A DNA stretch of 64,000 nt from Patescibacteria group bacterium (GTDB taxonomy: Bacteria; Patescibacteriota; Patescibacteriia; JBHPGJ01), in the NCBI GenBank assembly GCA_042570545.1, contig JBHPGJ010000007.1:275-64274 (forward strand), in the 5' to 3' direction. The notes beneath the pieces are model-generated. The model saw nothing but the letters and a program-made list of their open reading frames with translations, was not told the origin of the DNA and searched no databases. Each line of letters opens with the position of its first letter. Positions within the stretch are counted from its first letter, which is position 1. Positions 28,974-39,090 of this stretch are shown here, one piece after another. Both the position numbers and the translations under genes were made by a program.

Positions 28974-29375
28974 ATGCATACATATACTTTTAGACTTAAA
29001 GCCGGTCAAGATGTCCGGCAAGAGATTGAATCGTTTGTAAAAGATCGGCAGATATCAGCCGGGGTTTTGCTGTCGCTTGTCGGCAGTCTGAAAGTAGCCT
29101 GTTTGAGACTAAATGGTAGCCGAGAAATAACTACCGGTGGCCCGTTTGAAATAGTATCAGCCACCGGCACCTTAGGTACCGATGGTCTACATATTCACTT
29201 ATCATTGGCCAACACTGACGGTAATGTATACGGCGGCCATTTAAAAAACGGTTGCTTAGTTCACACAACCGCTGAAGTGGTAATTGGTCACATCATTGAA
29301 GAAGAATTCCGACGAGTACCGGACGCCGACACTGGTCATCGAGAGCTTGAAGTTAAGTCTCCTAGCTCTTCTTAA
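28974..29375 (+). CDS. PPC/DUF296 domain protein
   Basis: RL..GQD, EIVS.TG, HIHLS, GGHL and TTAEV motifs. Confidence 0.9.
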   Translation: MHTYTFRLKAGQDVRQEIESFVKDRQISAGVLLSLVGSLKVACLRLNGSREITTGGPFEIVSATGTLGTDGLHIHLSLANTDGNVYGGHLKNGCLVHTTAEVVIGHIIEEEFRRVPDADTGHRELEVKSPSSS

Positions 29376-30180
29376 ATAGTGGCCTCATCACCAGAGCCGT
29401 TATCAAGAAAATAACCGTACCTACTAAAATAATTGTAGCTCCAGAGGGCCAGTCTAAGACAAAAGAAACCAGCAACCCGATCACAATGGTAGCTTCGCTA
29501 ATAACAAAAGTCCAGGTTGTTAGCGCTTTTAGCGAACCGGTTAATAATTTGGCCGTTGCCGCCGGTAATACTAATAAGGCTGAAACTAACACGATACCAA
29601 TAACCTTTACCCCTATAATCACCGCCACAGCCAGCAGCATGCGAAAAGCAATTTCTAGTACCGCCACCTTAACACCCGTTAGTCTGGCCGTATCGGCATC
29701 AAAAGCCAACAAGAATAATTGTTGTCGATAATATACAAAAAAGACGATAAGGATAAAAGACAGGACAGCGGTGATTATTAACTCAACACTTTGAATGGAA
29801 AGAATATTACCAAAAAGAAAACTTACCAGATCAGGTTGAAATCCCCGACTAAGACTGATAATAACTACACCTAAAGACATACTAGCGGCAAAAAATATTC
29901 CGATAATAGTATCAGAAGCCAGTTTGGTTCTTCTTTCTAGCCACTCCATGAACAGGGCTAATAACATGCCAAAAACTATGGCTATCATTAGTGGTTGCCA
30001 GCCAACGGCTAGACCGATGGCAATCCCGGCCAAAGAAGCGTGAGCTAAGCCACCACCAAAAAAGGCCATACGACGTAATATAACTAAGGGGCTAAACAAT
30101 GCCAGCACTGCTCCAATGAGCACCCCGACAATAATTGATCGTTGTATAAAATCAAATTGTAAGATTTCACCCAGTGTCAT
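29362..30180 (-). CDS. znuB: Zn/Mn ABC transporter permease
   Basis: RRMAF...LAHASLAG, SFLFGNIL and LVLPAATA motifs. Confidence 0.9.
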   Translation of the reverse strand: MTLGEILQFDFIQRSIIVGVLIGAVLALFSPLVILRRMAFFGGGLAHASLAGIAIGLAVGWQPLMIAIVFGMLLALFMEWLERRTKLASDTIIGIFFAASMSLGVVIISLSRGFQPDLVSFLFGNILSIQSVELIITAVLSFILIVFFVYYRQQLFLLAFDADTARLTGVKVAVLEIAFRMLLAVAVIIGVKVIGIVLVSALLVLPAATAKLLTGSLKALTTWTFVISEATIVIGLLVSFVLDWPSGATIILVGTVIFLITALVMRPLFKKS

Positions 30181-30911
30181 AAATGTTTTTTCTCCCCATG
30201 TCGATAGAGAACAACATCTTGACCATAGAGTTCGTGAAACATGTCATGGCTAAGCACATTATCTGGTTGACCGAAACACATCAATTTTTTGTTGAGACAC
30301 AGAACTTGGTTAGCATACTTAAAAACCGTATCGATATCATGTGACACCATTAAGACCGTTAACTTAACATCGGATTGTAATTTTTTTATTAACTGATAGA
30401 AATTTGTTTCGCCCATTACATCTATTCCCGCTGCCGGTTCATCCATAACCAGTAGCTTAGGTTGGTGTATCAGGGCCCGGGCTATTAAAACACGTTGCAA
30501 TTGTCCGCCTGATAATACACCTAATCTAGTATTTGCTTTGTCGGCCAGATCAACTAATGCTAATACCTTATGTATCATTTCAACTGATATTTTGGTTTTT
30601 TTGGATTTATACCAAGTGGCTAAATTTATGAATTCATTAACAGAAATAGGAAAAGTATGGTCAAAATTGAATCTTTGGGGAACATATCCAACCTCACGAC
30701 AGCCTAGGTGGCCAGTGTGGCCATTTATAACAATATCACCGCTTGTTCTCGGTACTAAGCCAAGTAAACCTTTCAGTAGAGTGGTTTTGCCAGATCCGTT
30801 GGGGCCAATAATCATGGCAAAATCACCTTCGTGTAAGGCAAAAGTAATACCTTCGATAATAATCTGATTATCGTATTTTACGGATAGATTTTTTACTTCT
30901 AAAAGTGACAA
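30177..30911 (-). CDS. znuC: Zn/Mn ABC transporter ATPase
   Basis: GPNGSGKT, GYVPQ, LSGGQLQR, MDEP and VSHD motifs; His-containing C terminus. Confidence 0.92.
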   Translation of the reverse strand: MSLLEVKNLSVKYDNQIIIEGITFALHEGDFAMIIGPNGSGKTTLLKGLLGLVPRTSGDIVINGHTGHLGCREVGYVPQRFNFDHTFPISVNEFINLATWYKSKKTKISVEMIHKVLALVDLADKANTRLGVLSGGQLQRVLIARALIHQPKLLVMDEPAAGIDVMGETNFYQLIKKLQSDVKLTVLMVSHDIDTVFKYANQVLCLNKKLMCFGQPDNVLSHDMFHELYGQDVVLYRHGEKKHL

Positions 30912-30993
30912 TTTATATAGTAGTTTAATTTGTTATGTTGAGCATAGATAATCATTTGCTCGGTGTCAAAAGCATTGATATACTATTTTTACT

Positions 30994-31404
30994 ATGTTTT
31001 TATTAGCTCGCTGGATTATTAATGCCATCGTACTACTAATAGTTGCTTATGCACTACCCGGTTTTACCGTAGCTAGTTTTTATTCAGCTCTAATTGTGGC
31101 CTTAATATTAGGCATTGTTAACGCTGTAATAAGGCCAATATTAATCATACTTACTCTACCAATTACTATCTTAACCTTAGGATTATTTACTTTAGTTATT
31201 AATGCTTTATTAATTTTATTAGTATCAACAATCGTCAAAGGATTTGACGTTAACTCTTTTCTGACGGCTCTGCTGGCAGCGCTTATATTATGGATCGCCA
31301 GCTGGTTTACCAATTCGCTGATAAAATCGACCAAACATCCTAATCGCCCTTTTAGGCAACCCCCTAATCAACCACCCAATCAACCGCCAATTATTGAAGG
31401 CTAA
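30994..31404 (+). CDS. Holin-like 4-TM membrane protein (DUF360/YvlD family)
   Basis: NAVIRPIL..LTLPITILTLGLF..VINA signature; C-terminal QPPN repeats. Confidence 0.88.
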   Translation: MFLLARWIINAIVLLIVAYALPGFTVASFYSALIVALILGIVNAVIRPILIILTLPITILTLGLFTLVINALLILLVSTIVKGFDVNSFLTALLAALILWIASWFTNSLIKSTKHPNRPFRQPPNQPPNQPPIIEG

Positions 31405-31502
31405 ATAAGTTTGACAACATATGATACCATTGCTATGGTGATGTCGGTTTTTTTCAATTGGCAAATCATTCTACCCCACAACGTTTTCCAGGAGGTGAGA
31501 CA

Positions 31503-32234
31503 GTGGCCCAGAAAGATAATGCCAAAATTGTTGAACAATTAGTGCTAGCGGTACTGGCTCAAAAGCCAGAAAAGTTCTCTAATGAGAACGCTTTTGAACA
31601 GTATTACAATAGCCAGCTTGATTTGCTTAGCGGCTTGATCGGAACTTATTTCGCTGCGCCACTGACTTGCCAGTCAATCGCGCAATTTTTAATCGAAAAT
31701 AAGGTTACCGATGTTGCTCAGCAAGCCGAAATAGTTGCTTGGCTGTACGCTACTCAACTTCATCGCGGATTGATAATCACTGAAGCTGAAGGGTCCGAAG
31801 AAGCAGAAGACGACTCCGGCACAAGCGCCGGCGCTGGGAACGATGACCAAGGAGAGTCAACGATTAGGTATCCGACAACCAGGCACGAACGATACGCCAA
31901 AAAACTGGAAACGTTTATTGGCGACCCGCCACTAACTCTGGCCAAGATGGTGAACGCCACCAAGGGCAACGAAGCTGATCTGGCCAAAAAGGCAGAAGTA
32001 CCGCTGTGGTTTGTCAATTACATGGTCAGCCGTTTGAAGGGCTACAAACCATGTCATCCCAAACCAATCCATGTCTGTGATCTGGAAGCGCTGTTTGGTG
32101 AACTAGATAAGTCTATTCTGGAAACGATTTACCAGAACGACTTTGGCGCCAAACACAGTGAAGTTGTCCGGGTGATCGGCGACGAAAAGATCTTCGACAA
32201 AGCCAGAGAATGGTTTTCTAGAAATAGTACTTAA
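31503..32234 (+). CDS. Hypothetical protein: novel N-terminal domain plus one HTH-like repeat; paralog of 32377-33681
   Basis: SD GGAGGTG before GTG 31503; N-domain aligns by eye with the next gene; followed by a hairpin terminator. Confidence 0.75.
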   Translation: MAQKDNAKIVEQLVLAVLAQKPEKFSNENAFEQYYNSQLDLLSGLIGTYFAAPLTCQSIAQFLIENKVTDVAQQAEIVAWLYATQLHRGLIITEAEGSEEAEDDSGTSAGAGNDDQGESTIRYPTTRHERYAKKLETFIGDPPLTLAKMVNATKGNEADLAKKAEVPLWFVNYMVSRLKGYKPCHPKPIHVCDLEALFGELDKSILETIYQNDFGAKHSEVVRVIGDEKIFDKAREWFSRNST

Positions 32235-32376
32235 ACCGCAACCAGGCTCGTTTCGCACGGGCCTTTATTTTATTGACAAAAACACATTAACCTTGTTAAG
32301 TTGAGAACAAGATTTTGGAGGGCGCTCTATCATAGAGTGGTGTTCATTTTAACGTCTAACAAGCGGAGGTGTTATC

Positions 32377-33681
32377 GTGGCTAAGGCAAGACGCAAGCCA
32401 AAAAAGAAACCCAGAACCGCCAAAGCTCATCAGCGTCCACGTCTCGCTGCTTTACGGGAGACGATCAGCATCTGGCTGGCATTCGATCCCGACATTTTCT
32501 TCGTTGACAGCGATCAGTTCTCGTCGTTTTATGACAAGAACCAGCGCCAACTCGGACGATTGGTCCAGGCGGGTTTTTCCGGTCTGAACATCGCTACTAT
32601 CGCCAGTTTTCTAAACCGGCAGGTCAAGGATCTGGCTTTAGCATTCAAGATGGTAGTCTGGTTGCGGGCGGCGCATGATCAGGGTCGGCTGACTATCAGC
32701 GACTATCAACCAGCTGAGGAGAGTCTGCAACCGGGACGCCGCAAGCAAGATGGCAGCATCCCGTGGCTGTTGGAAGAAAGACTCGGTCGTCCTCTAACGG
32801 CCAAGAAAATCCAGCAAGCGATAGACCAGGCCGGCACTTCGGCTAAGCTGGCCAAGGAATTGGGCAAACCGGGTCGCAGCAGCAGCACCAGTATCCGTAC
32901 CTTGCTTTCACGACTGAGAAAGGAAGAGGAAGGATTGGCTGGCAAGAAGAAGACCAAGACCAAGGCCAAGAGAAAGTCCAGTGGCGTCCAAGCTCGCGGC
33001 AATAGCACTCGAGCCATGTTGGCCAAGTACGTTGGTGGACGAGTGCTCAACCATCGCAAAGCCATGTTGGCTGTCAAAAAAGCTGGCGGAGTCACCAAGC
33101 TGGCCGAGAAGTTGGGCGGTCAAGCTACGGAACGCGGGGTGTCAAGCCTGTTGCACGCCTTGAAAGTTGAGGCCGAGGGAGGCAAGAGTAAAGCCAAAGC
33201 CAAGGCAAAAGCGGTCAGTAAGAGTGCAGGCTCGAAAACTCGACTTGCGCTGGAGGAGAAACTTGGTGCACCACTAACGCTGGAGAAGCTGGAACGGGCA
33301 TTATCTGATGCCGGCGGACCAAGCATGCTGGCTTCACAACTCGGCGGTAAAATCAAGGCTAATGCCATCGGCATCGTCTTGAAGCAGATGCGAAAACAGC
33401 AAGCCACTGGCAAAAGCAGTGGCCGCACCGGCAGTGCTTCAACCAGAGGGCTGGCCGAGTCAAAACTTGGCTCACCGCTGACCTATGCGGTCTTGAAGCA
33501 CGCTATCGACGAAGCTCACGGTGCCGAGAATTTCGCTAGTCAACTTGGTGGCCAAGCCTCAAAATCCAGCGTCTACACGCTACTGTCTTCGCTGAAAAAA
33601 GCGAAAGGTAGCGATCAGGCGGCAAGTTCTACCGGCTCCGGTCGTCCGAACATCGGGGACGTCACCCTCCCCGATAGCTGA
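32377..33681 (+). CDS. Very basic protein with four tandem Cro/HTH-like repeats
   Basis: SD GGAGGTG; repeats of about 55 aa, L..KLG.PLT...AGG...LA.QLGG...LL..L(K/R), joined by Lys/Ala/Ser linkers. Confidence 0.8.
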   Translation: MAKARRKPKKKPRTAKAHQRPRLAALRETISIWLAFDPDIFFVDSDQFSSFYDKNQRQLGRLVQAGFSGLNIATIASFLNRQVKDLALAFKMVVWLRAAHDQGRLTISDYQPAEESLQPGRRKQDGSIPWLLEERLGRPLTAKKIQQAIDQAGTSAKLAKELGKPGRSSSTSIRTLLSRLRKEEEGLAGKKKTKTKAKRKSSGVQARGNSTRAMLAKYVGGRVLNHRKAMLAVKKAGGVTKLAEKLGGQATERGVSSLLHALKVEAEGGKSKAKAKAKAVSKSAGSKTRLALEEKLGAPLTLEKLERALSDAGGPSMLASQLGGKIKANAIGIVLKQMRKQQATGKSSGRTGSASTRGLAESKLGSPLTYAVLKHAIDEAHGAENFASQLGGQASKSSVYTLLSSLKKAKGSDQAASSTGSGRPNIGDVTLPDS

Positions 33682-33704
33682 AAAATGGTGACAATCGTTA
33701 TCAA

Positions 33705-33740
33705 TCCCGTTTGCTCAAAAAAGCACTCGGGATTTTAATT
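33705..33740 (+). terminator. Intrinsic terminator
   Basis: AATCCCG...CGGGATT stem followed by T-rich tail. Confidence 0.55.
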
Positions 33741-33833
33741 TTACAAATAAATAATGCTTGATATAGTAATAGTAACTGTTACTTCACAATCGATTACCTT
33801 ACCTGCGCGATAGCCAGATAGGAGGTGAAATAG

Positions 33834-35879
33834 ATGAGTTCACGCGGTTTGAATATGCATGAACAGGGAATCGAGAGAGCGTACAATCGTTCGCTTAAGG
33901 AAGTGCTTTGGTTCTACTTGGGTCCAGACAATCGTGGATTTACTATATCCCAAACATCATCGGAAATCAGCACCTACGTACCGGGATTTAGTGTTGATCG
34001 TCTCAAGAAAAGTCTGGCCAAAGTTGGCTATGTCAAACACTTAGCCGGTTGTCCATCTTTCCTTAGCGAGTCGCTAGCCAGTATCGTCAACGGACATCCT
34101 AACATCGCTGAAGTACAAAAGCAGCTCACAACTGTGCTTGATCGGGGTATTCTATATCAGACTGATCTGAAGAAGCTTGAGCCTAATCAGCGAAAGCCTT
34201 TCCGATCAGTTTGTACCAGCTTTGGTGTCAAAGACCACGTCAAACAGCCTGAAAAGGTGAAGCCAAAGAGACGCCGGAACCAGAATGCGGCGGAAGAGCT
34301 GACAGAAGGTCTGAGTTTGAGTGATCCAGTCAGGATGTATCTGAACGAAATGGGCAACGTACCGCTCTTGACCCAAGCCGGAGAAGTTGAATTAGGCGAG
34401 CGCATTGCTGCTGGCCGACAGATGGTTATTCGGGCAGTCTTCTCCCTTGACCGTACAATTGCCGAACTAGTTCGTCTGGCTACTCAAGTGGCTGAAGGCA
34501 AGCTGCGTCTGGATCTGGTCATTCACGTAGACGGCGATTACTTGCGTCCACTGAAAATGGCTGATACCCCACGGTATAATGATCTGCGTATAGTAGCCAA
34601 GATTGCCAAGCTGCGTCAGGAGATTGTCCGTTTAAAGAAACGGGCTAAGTCCAAGAAGAACAAAGATCAACTGACCAGCCTCAATCGTTCAATCGACTTG
34701 CGTCAATCCAAGCTGGCAGACATATGCGTCGGCTTACAGCTCCAGCCTAAGGTTCTGGATCGTCTGATCGCCATGGCGATAGATAAGCAAGAAGAGATTG
34801 CCAAGTATGAACTTCAACTTAAGGAGTTTGAAGAACTACTAGGCCTCTCCATGGCTGAGGTCAAACTGGAGATCAAGAAAGTGCAGGGTTACAAACGCCG
34901 TCAGGTTTTACGCGTTCGCGGAAAGGGCGTTTGGTCTCTGACTCAGTTGGAGAGCACTTATCAGCAAATGCTGTTGAATGTCAAAGCTATCCAGCGGCTA
35001 GAAAAGGAGGAAAATGTCAGTGCCGCAGAACTGAGAGATTTGATCGGCGACGTTCGACTGGGCGAGTATGAGATGGACAAAGCCAAAAGAGAACTGATCG
35101 AGGCCAATGTTCGTCTGGTAATCGCTATCGCTAAGCGCTATGTTAACCGCGGATTGGATTTTTTGGACCTGATTCAGGAAGGCAACACCGGGCTGATGCG
35201 GGCGGTTGATAAGTTTGAATACCGCTATGGTTATAAGTTCTCAACTTATGCCACTTGGTGGATCAGACAAGCTATTACCCGCGCCTTAGCCGACCAAGCT
35301 CGTACAATCCGAGTGCCAGTGCACATGGTTGAAGCCATCAATCGGGTTGGCCGAACCGTACGAAAGATGGTCCAAGAAGATGGACGCGAACCGACACCAC
35401 AAGAGATTGCTGACCGATTGGATTATCCCCTCGACAAGGTCAAGCAGATCTTGAAAGCCAGCCTTGAGCCGATTGACCTAGATCGTCCCGTGGGCGACCG
35501 CGATGAGTACAATCCTGACAGCTTAGCTGATTTTATAGAAGACACTGTTCATCCCCGGCCGGACGAGATAGCCACCGACAACGTAGCTGCTGAGCAAATG
35601 AGACAGGTATTGGCCACCTTAACCAGAAGAGAGGAGAAAGTTATTCGTTTGCGTTTTGGTCTTGGTGACGGCACACCTCGGACGCTTGAGGAAGTGGGTA
35701 CAATCTTCAATGTTACCCGTGAGCGTATTCGGCAGATTGAGGCCAAGGCTTTAAAGAAGCTGCGGCATCCATCACGGGCGAGATTATTGCGCCCCTACGC
35801 TGAAGACAAAGGCCTAGTCTATTCCAAGGGCAACGGCAGTGGTAATAAATCAACCAGTAACAGAGAACACGCACCTTAA
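33834..35879 (+). CDS. rpoD: Group 1 sigma-70 factor (RpoD-like) with a long non-conserved region and an atypical N terminus
   Basis: Region 1.2 [11 protein letters not shown]; region 2 [17 protein letters not shown] and [13 protein letters not shown]; region 4 TLEEVG...TRERIRQIE. Confidence 0.92.
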   Translation: MSSRGLNMHEQGIERAYNRSLKEVLWFYLGPDNRGFTISQTSSEISTYVPGFSVDRLKKSLAKVGYVKHLAGCPSFLSESLASIVNGHPNIAEVQKQLTTVLDRGILYQTDLKKLEPNQRKPFRSVCTSFGVKDHVKQPEKVKPKRRRNQNAAEELTEGLSLSDPVRMYLNEMGNVPLLTQAGEVELGERIAAGRQMVIRAVFSLDRTIAELVRLATQVAEGKLRLDLVIHVDGDYLRPLKMADTPRYNDLRIVAKIAKLRQEIVRLKKRAKSKKNKDQLTSLNRSIDLRQSKLADICVGLQLQPKVLDRLIAMAIDKQEEIAKYELQLKEFEELLGLSMAEVKLEIKKVQGYKRRQVLRVRGKGVWSLTQLESTYQQMLLNVKAIQRLEKEENVSAAELRDLIGDVRLGEYEMDKAKRELIEANVRLVIAIAKRYVNRGLDFLDLIQEGNTGLMRAVDKFEYRYGYKFSTYATWWIRQAITRALADQARTIRVPVHMVEAINRVGRTVRKMVQEDGREPTPQEIADRLDYPLDKVKQILKASLEPIDLDRPVGDRDEYNPDSLADFIEDTVHPRPDEIATDNVAAEQMRQVLATLTRREEKVIRLRFGLGDGTPRTLEEVGTIFNVTRERIRQIEAKALKKLRHPSRARLLRPYAEDKGLVYSKGNGSGNKSTSNREHAP

Positions 35880-35881
35880 CC

Positions 35882-35917
35882 CGGACTCGTTTTGTTCAGA
35901 CGAGTCCGATTTATTTT
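35882..35917. terminator. Hairpin terminator between convergent genes
   Basis: CGGACTCGT...ACGAGTCCG followed by T-rich tail. Confidence 0.7.
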
Positions 35918-36237
35918 CCTTCCTTTTTATCTAAAGCCCTCAAAGCTTCCATATAATAACCTTTTATATTCAGTGACTCGGCTCCACCAAGAATGTTTAA
36001 TACCTTGTCGCGAATACCTTCGGCATTAGTTATGGTCCAGATGGATCCATATCCTTGGCGTACATTTTCAATTAAAAATTGTAGCTCTTCTGCCGAATAG
36101 GTTTTTTGCGAACCCTTTATTTCACCAGCGGCTTTTATTTCCTCATACAAATCAGCAAAAGCTCTATCCTGCTCAGCTTGTTCGCCAAACTCCCCAGCAG
36201 CCTGACCCCCCTCTGGATTTGTTGGTTTTTCACTCAT
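35911..36237 (-). CDS. Hypothetical acidic protein
   Basis: 108-aa ORF with TGaTATAAT 7 nt before the ATG. Confidence 0.75.
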   Translation of the reverse strand: MSEKPTNPEGGQAAGEFGEQAEQDRAFADLYEEIKAAGEIKGSQKTYSAEELQFLIENVRQGYGSIWTITNAEGIRDKVLNILGGAESLNIKGYYMEALRALDKKEGK

Positions 36238-36371
36238 TATTTATATTATATCATTACTTGTTTACTGGATAAACCTTCGGAGCCTGCCCGCTTGACATAA
36301 TTTTGACCTCATGATAATGTCCTGGCTGATTAGAAGACTGCTCATTTCTTAAGATTTAGGCAGTTTTTTGA

Positions 36372-36920
36372 TTGTCGCTAACCACTTGGATCAGAACCAA
36401 CGTTTGCCGGCACTTACCAGTAATAACACATTTCGTGATTCGACGTATTCGTCGGAGGGTAAAAAAACGAAAATACCAAATACTACTACTGCTGATCATT
36501 TCACAATTAGTTTTTCCGCAATTTTCTAGCGCTCAAGTAGTTAGCGCTGATCAGGTCTCCTTATATTCTTTTGAGACAAATGGCGAAGTGATTATCAATC
36601 ACCTGCCGGAGAACGAGTATAAGCCAGCCAGTAAGACAATAAATCTTACCATGACGGCATATTCATCTACTCCTGATCAGACTTCGGGCGATCCTTTTAT
36701 CACCGCTTCTGGTGCCCGAGTACGCGATGGTGTGGTAGCACATAATTATTTACCCATTGGCACGAAGGTGAGATTTCCTGAAGAATTTGGTGATCAAGTT
36801 TTCACCGTTCTTGATCGGTTAAATCCTAGACATGGTCAATATGTGGTAGACCGTTGGACAGAAACGCGCGAAGAAGCAATACAGTGGGGAGCCAGAGTAG
36901 TTAAAATGGAAATAATATAA
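36372..36920 (+). CDS. 3D-domain (MltA/Sps-like lytic transglycosylase) protein
   Basis: TAYSSTPDQT..DPFITASG, LPIGTKV and V.DR motifs; N-terminal TM; start uncertain. Confidence 0.85.
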   Translation: MSLTTWIRTNVCRHLPVITHFVIRRIRRRVKKRKYQILLLLIISQLVFPQFSSAQVVSADQVSLYSFETNGEVIINHLPENEYKPASKTINLTMTAYSSTPDQTSGDPFITASGARVRDGVVAHNYLPIGTKVRFPEEFGDQVFTVLDRLNPRHGQYVVDRWTETREEAIQWGARVVKMEII

Positions 36921-36962
36921 ATTTAAGAAAGCCGGGTGAACAACCCGGTTTTCGTTATCTGC

Positions 36963-38159
36963 TTAACTATTAATATTTGGCGATACTAACTTTCTCTGGA
37001 CAACAGTTATAATCGTTAATGTAATCCAAATCATTAAAATATAAATGAAAAGCACTTGTTGAGCAGTCAATAGCATTAACAAAAAACCAGCGATAAAAGG
37101 CGAAACAGTGCCAATTAATTTATCAAAGACAGCATCAAAGCCCATTATCTCACCCCGATATTTTGATTCAACATAATCAGTGAGTAGGACAGCTTGCATT
37201 GGTCCGTACAGCGACTCGCCAATGGCATATAGGCCCGCTGCTACCCAAAAAATAAAAATACTTTCAGTAAAAGATAAAACTAAACCAAAAACTCCCAGAA
37301 ATAAAAATGATAACAATGCTGGTTTGTATAGACTTTTTGACCGATCAACAAAACGTCCTGCCCAGGGAAGTATCAGGAAGGCGACAATGCCCATAGTGGC
37401 AAATACACTACCGCTAATAGTGTCGGACGAGGCTAAGCCAAAGATTATTAATGGCCAAAGTAGCGGTTTAATCCGCCAGTTAAGTGTATAACCAATATTG
37501 GCTATAAAATAAAAAATTAATTGCGGTTTAGAGAATATATATTTAAATGAAAATAACAAATCTCGCTTCTCGTAATGTAAAGGTTTATTAGTAACACTTT
37601 TTAGCTGACTTAGCAGAAATACAATCGCTATTAATCCCAAAACGGCCATTGCTATATAAGCCGCTTGAAATGAGTATTTTTCAGATAACCATCCGCCTAA
37701 GAATGCACCGCCACTTCCGGTAATAGCCTGTACGGAATACAGAGTGCCCATAAGTTGTCCTCTTTTAGGATGTCCTTGAATGATATCTTGCATTTGGGAT
37801 ATTAGTATGGGTCCTAAAGCAACACCGCCGAGCGCCCAAATAAACTTGATTCCCATATATTGAAATATATTTATTGTCGCTGCATATAGTAGCGGCGCGA
37901 TTATACTAAAAAAAGCACCAGCGATAATAAACCGGCCACGTCCGTGCTTGTCAGAAAGACGACCTAAGAAAAGTGATAAAACGGCAAAGAAGAACGACCC
38001 AAGAGCAAATGTCAGACCGATCAATATTTTATTATCAGTAAGCGAACTTAAAAAACGTACTTCAACTGGTGCAATAAGATATCCGGCAGCGGAAATAAGA
38101 GTAGCGATAGAACCAAATATAAAAAATTGCTTCTTTATGTTTTGTTTATCATCTATCAC
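36963..38159 (-). CDS. MFS transporter
   Basis: About 12 TMs; motif A GRLSDKHGR; start trimmed to GTG 38159 because the longer ORF overlaps two tRNAs. Confidence 0.88.
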   Translation of the reverse strand: MIDDKQNIKKQFFIFGSIATLISAAGYLIAPVEVRFLSSLTDNKILIGLTFALGSFFFAVLSLFLGRLSDKHGRGRFIIAGAFFSIIAPLLYAATINIFQYMGIKFIWALGGVALGPILISQMQDIIQGHPKRGQLMGTLYSVQAITGSGGAFLGGWLSEKYSFQAAYIAMAVLGLIAIVFLLSQLKSVTNKPLHYEKRDLLFSFKYIFSKPQLIFYFIANIGYTLNWRIKPLLWPLIIFGLASSDTISGSVFATMGIVAFLILPWAGRFVDRSKSLYKPALLSFLFLGVFGLVLSFTESIFIFWVAAGLYAIGESLYGPMQAVLLTDYVESKYRGEIMGFDAVFDKLIGTVSPFIAGFLLMLLTAQQVLFIYILMIWITLTIITVVQRKLVSPNINS

Positions 38160-38194
38160 TATTAGATTAAATAAGTATAAAGGTAATTTTACTC

Positions 38195-38281
38195 TGGTGC
38201 CGGAGGAGAGACTCGAACTCTCAAGGCCGTAAGGCCAACGGATTTTAAGTCCGTCGCGTATACCAGTTCCGCCACTCCGGC
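38195..38281 (-). tRNA. tRNA-Leu(TAA)
   Basis: Reverse-strand cloverleaf with variable arm, loop CTTAAAA, CCA. Confidence 0.97.
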
Positions 38282-38291
38282 TAAATATTTC

Positions 38292-38368
38292 TGGAGCGAG
38301 AGAGGGGACTCGAACCCCCGACCTTTTCCTTGGCAAGGAAATGTTCTAGCCAACTGAACTACTCTCGC
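38292..38368 (-). tRNA. tRNA-Gly(GCC)
   Basis: Reverse-strand cloverleaf, loop TTGCCAA, U73 and CCA. Confidence 0.97.
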
Positions 38369-38424
38369 CTGGTTTTATAGACTCTATCTTATTTTTAAAT
38401 AATTTTCAATATACAAAATATTAT

Positions 38425-38511
38425 TTATATTGATGCATAATATTTTAAAGCTACATACAGTAATAATAGTATCGCTATGGCTAGAAGAAACGTGAGTAAT
38501 TTTGGGTTCAT
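38425..38511 (-). CDS. 28-aa single-TM micropeptide (MNPKLLTFLLAIAILLLLYVALKYYASI)
   Basis: Clean ORF between two tRNAs encoding a strongly hydrophobic helix. Confidence 0.4.
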   Translation of the reverse strand: MNPKLLTFLLAIAILLLLYVALKYYASI

Positions 38512-38536
38512 TTATTTTTTTTTATTTACTTTTTAT

Positions 38537-38611
<75 letters not shown>

Positions 38612-38622
38612 ACATATAAAAT

Positions 38623-39078
38623 CTAACCTATAATAGCAAATCCCCACAAGATTACCAGTATACCGATGGGGATCGTAAACCAGTAAAAAATCGGCAAACC
38701 TAGGAGCCAGCCAGGGTGCCACCATAGCTTACGGCTTTTTTTAAATTCACTTATACCCCAGTCAGGATTAAAGACAAACCATAAAAAGTCTTCAATCGTC
38801 AGCATAAGAATAAAGAAACCAATTATTTTGGCTTCGTTATACCAGGACCAGTCAGTAAAAAAAACCGGCAAATGAATAAGCACCAATATTGTCAACAGCA
38901 TCATCAAATGATAACCGGTGATCGGTCGTCCGCCGGATATAGATTTAACTAAATCGTTATTAAATCTTTTAGTTGGCAATCGTGAAGCCCAACCGTGTTT
39001 GCCCTCGATTTGAATTTCCCAAAGAGCTAATATTAAGGCCGTCAATATTAGGTAAAGAAAATATAAATAAATATTCAT
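38623..39078 (-). CDS. Conserved-looking membrane protein
   Basis: About 4 TMs with EIQIEGKHGWA..LPT, TGYH and EDFLWFVFNP motifs. Confidence 0.8.
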   Translation of the reverse strand: MNIYLYFLYLILTALILALWEIQIEGKHGWASRLPTKRFNNDLVKSISGGRPITGYHLMMLLTILVLIHLPVFFTDWSWYNEAKIIGFFILMLTIEDFLWFVFNPDWGISEFKKSRKLWWHPGWLLGLPIFYWFTIPIGILVILWGFAIIG

Positions 39079-39090
39079 TTTTTAATAACT

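Noticed and set aside
30994-31404. Prophage suggested by the holin-like gene and the Com-like gene at 11001
   Set aside because: DUF360 proteins are common chromosomal genes; no integrase, terminase or structural genes are present
38160-38336. N-terminal extension of the MFS ORF
   Set aside because: It runs through tRNA-Leu and tRNA-Gly; the real start is probably GTG 38159
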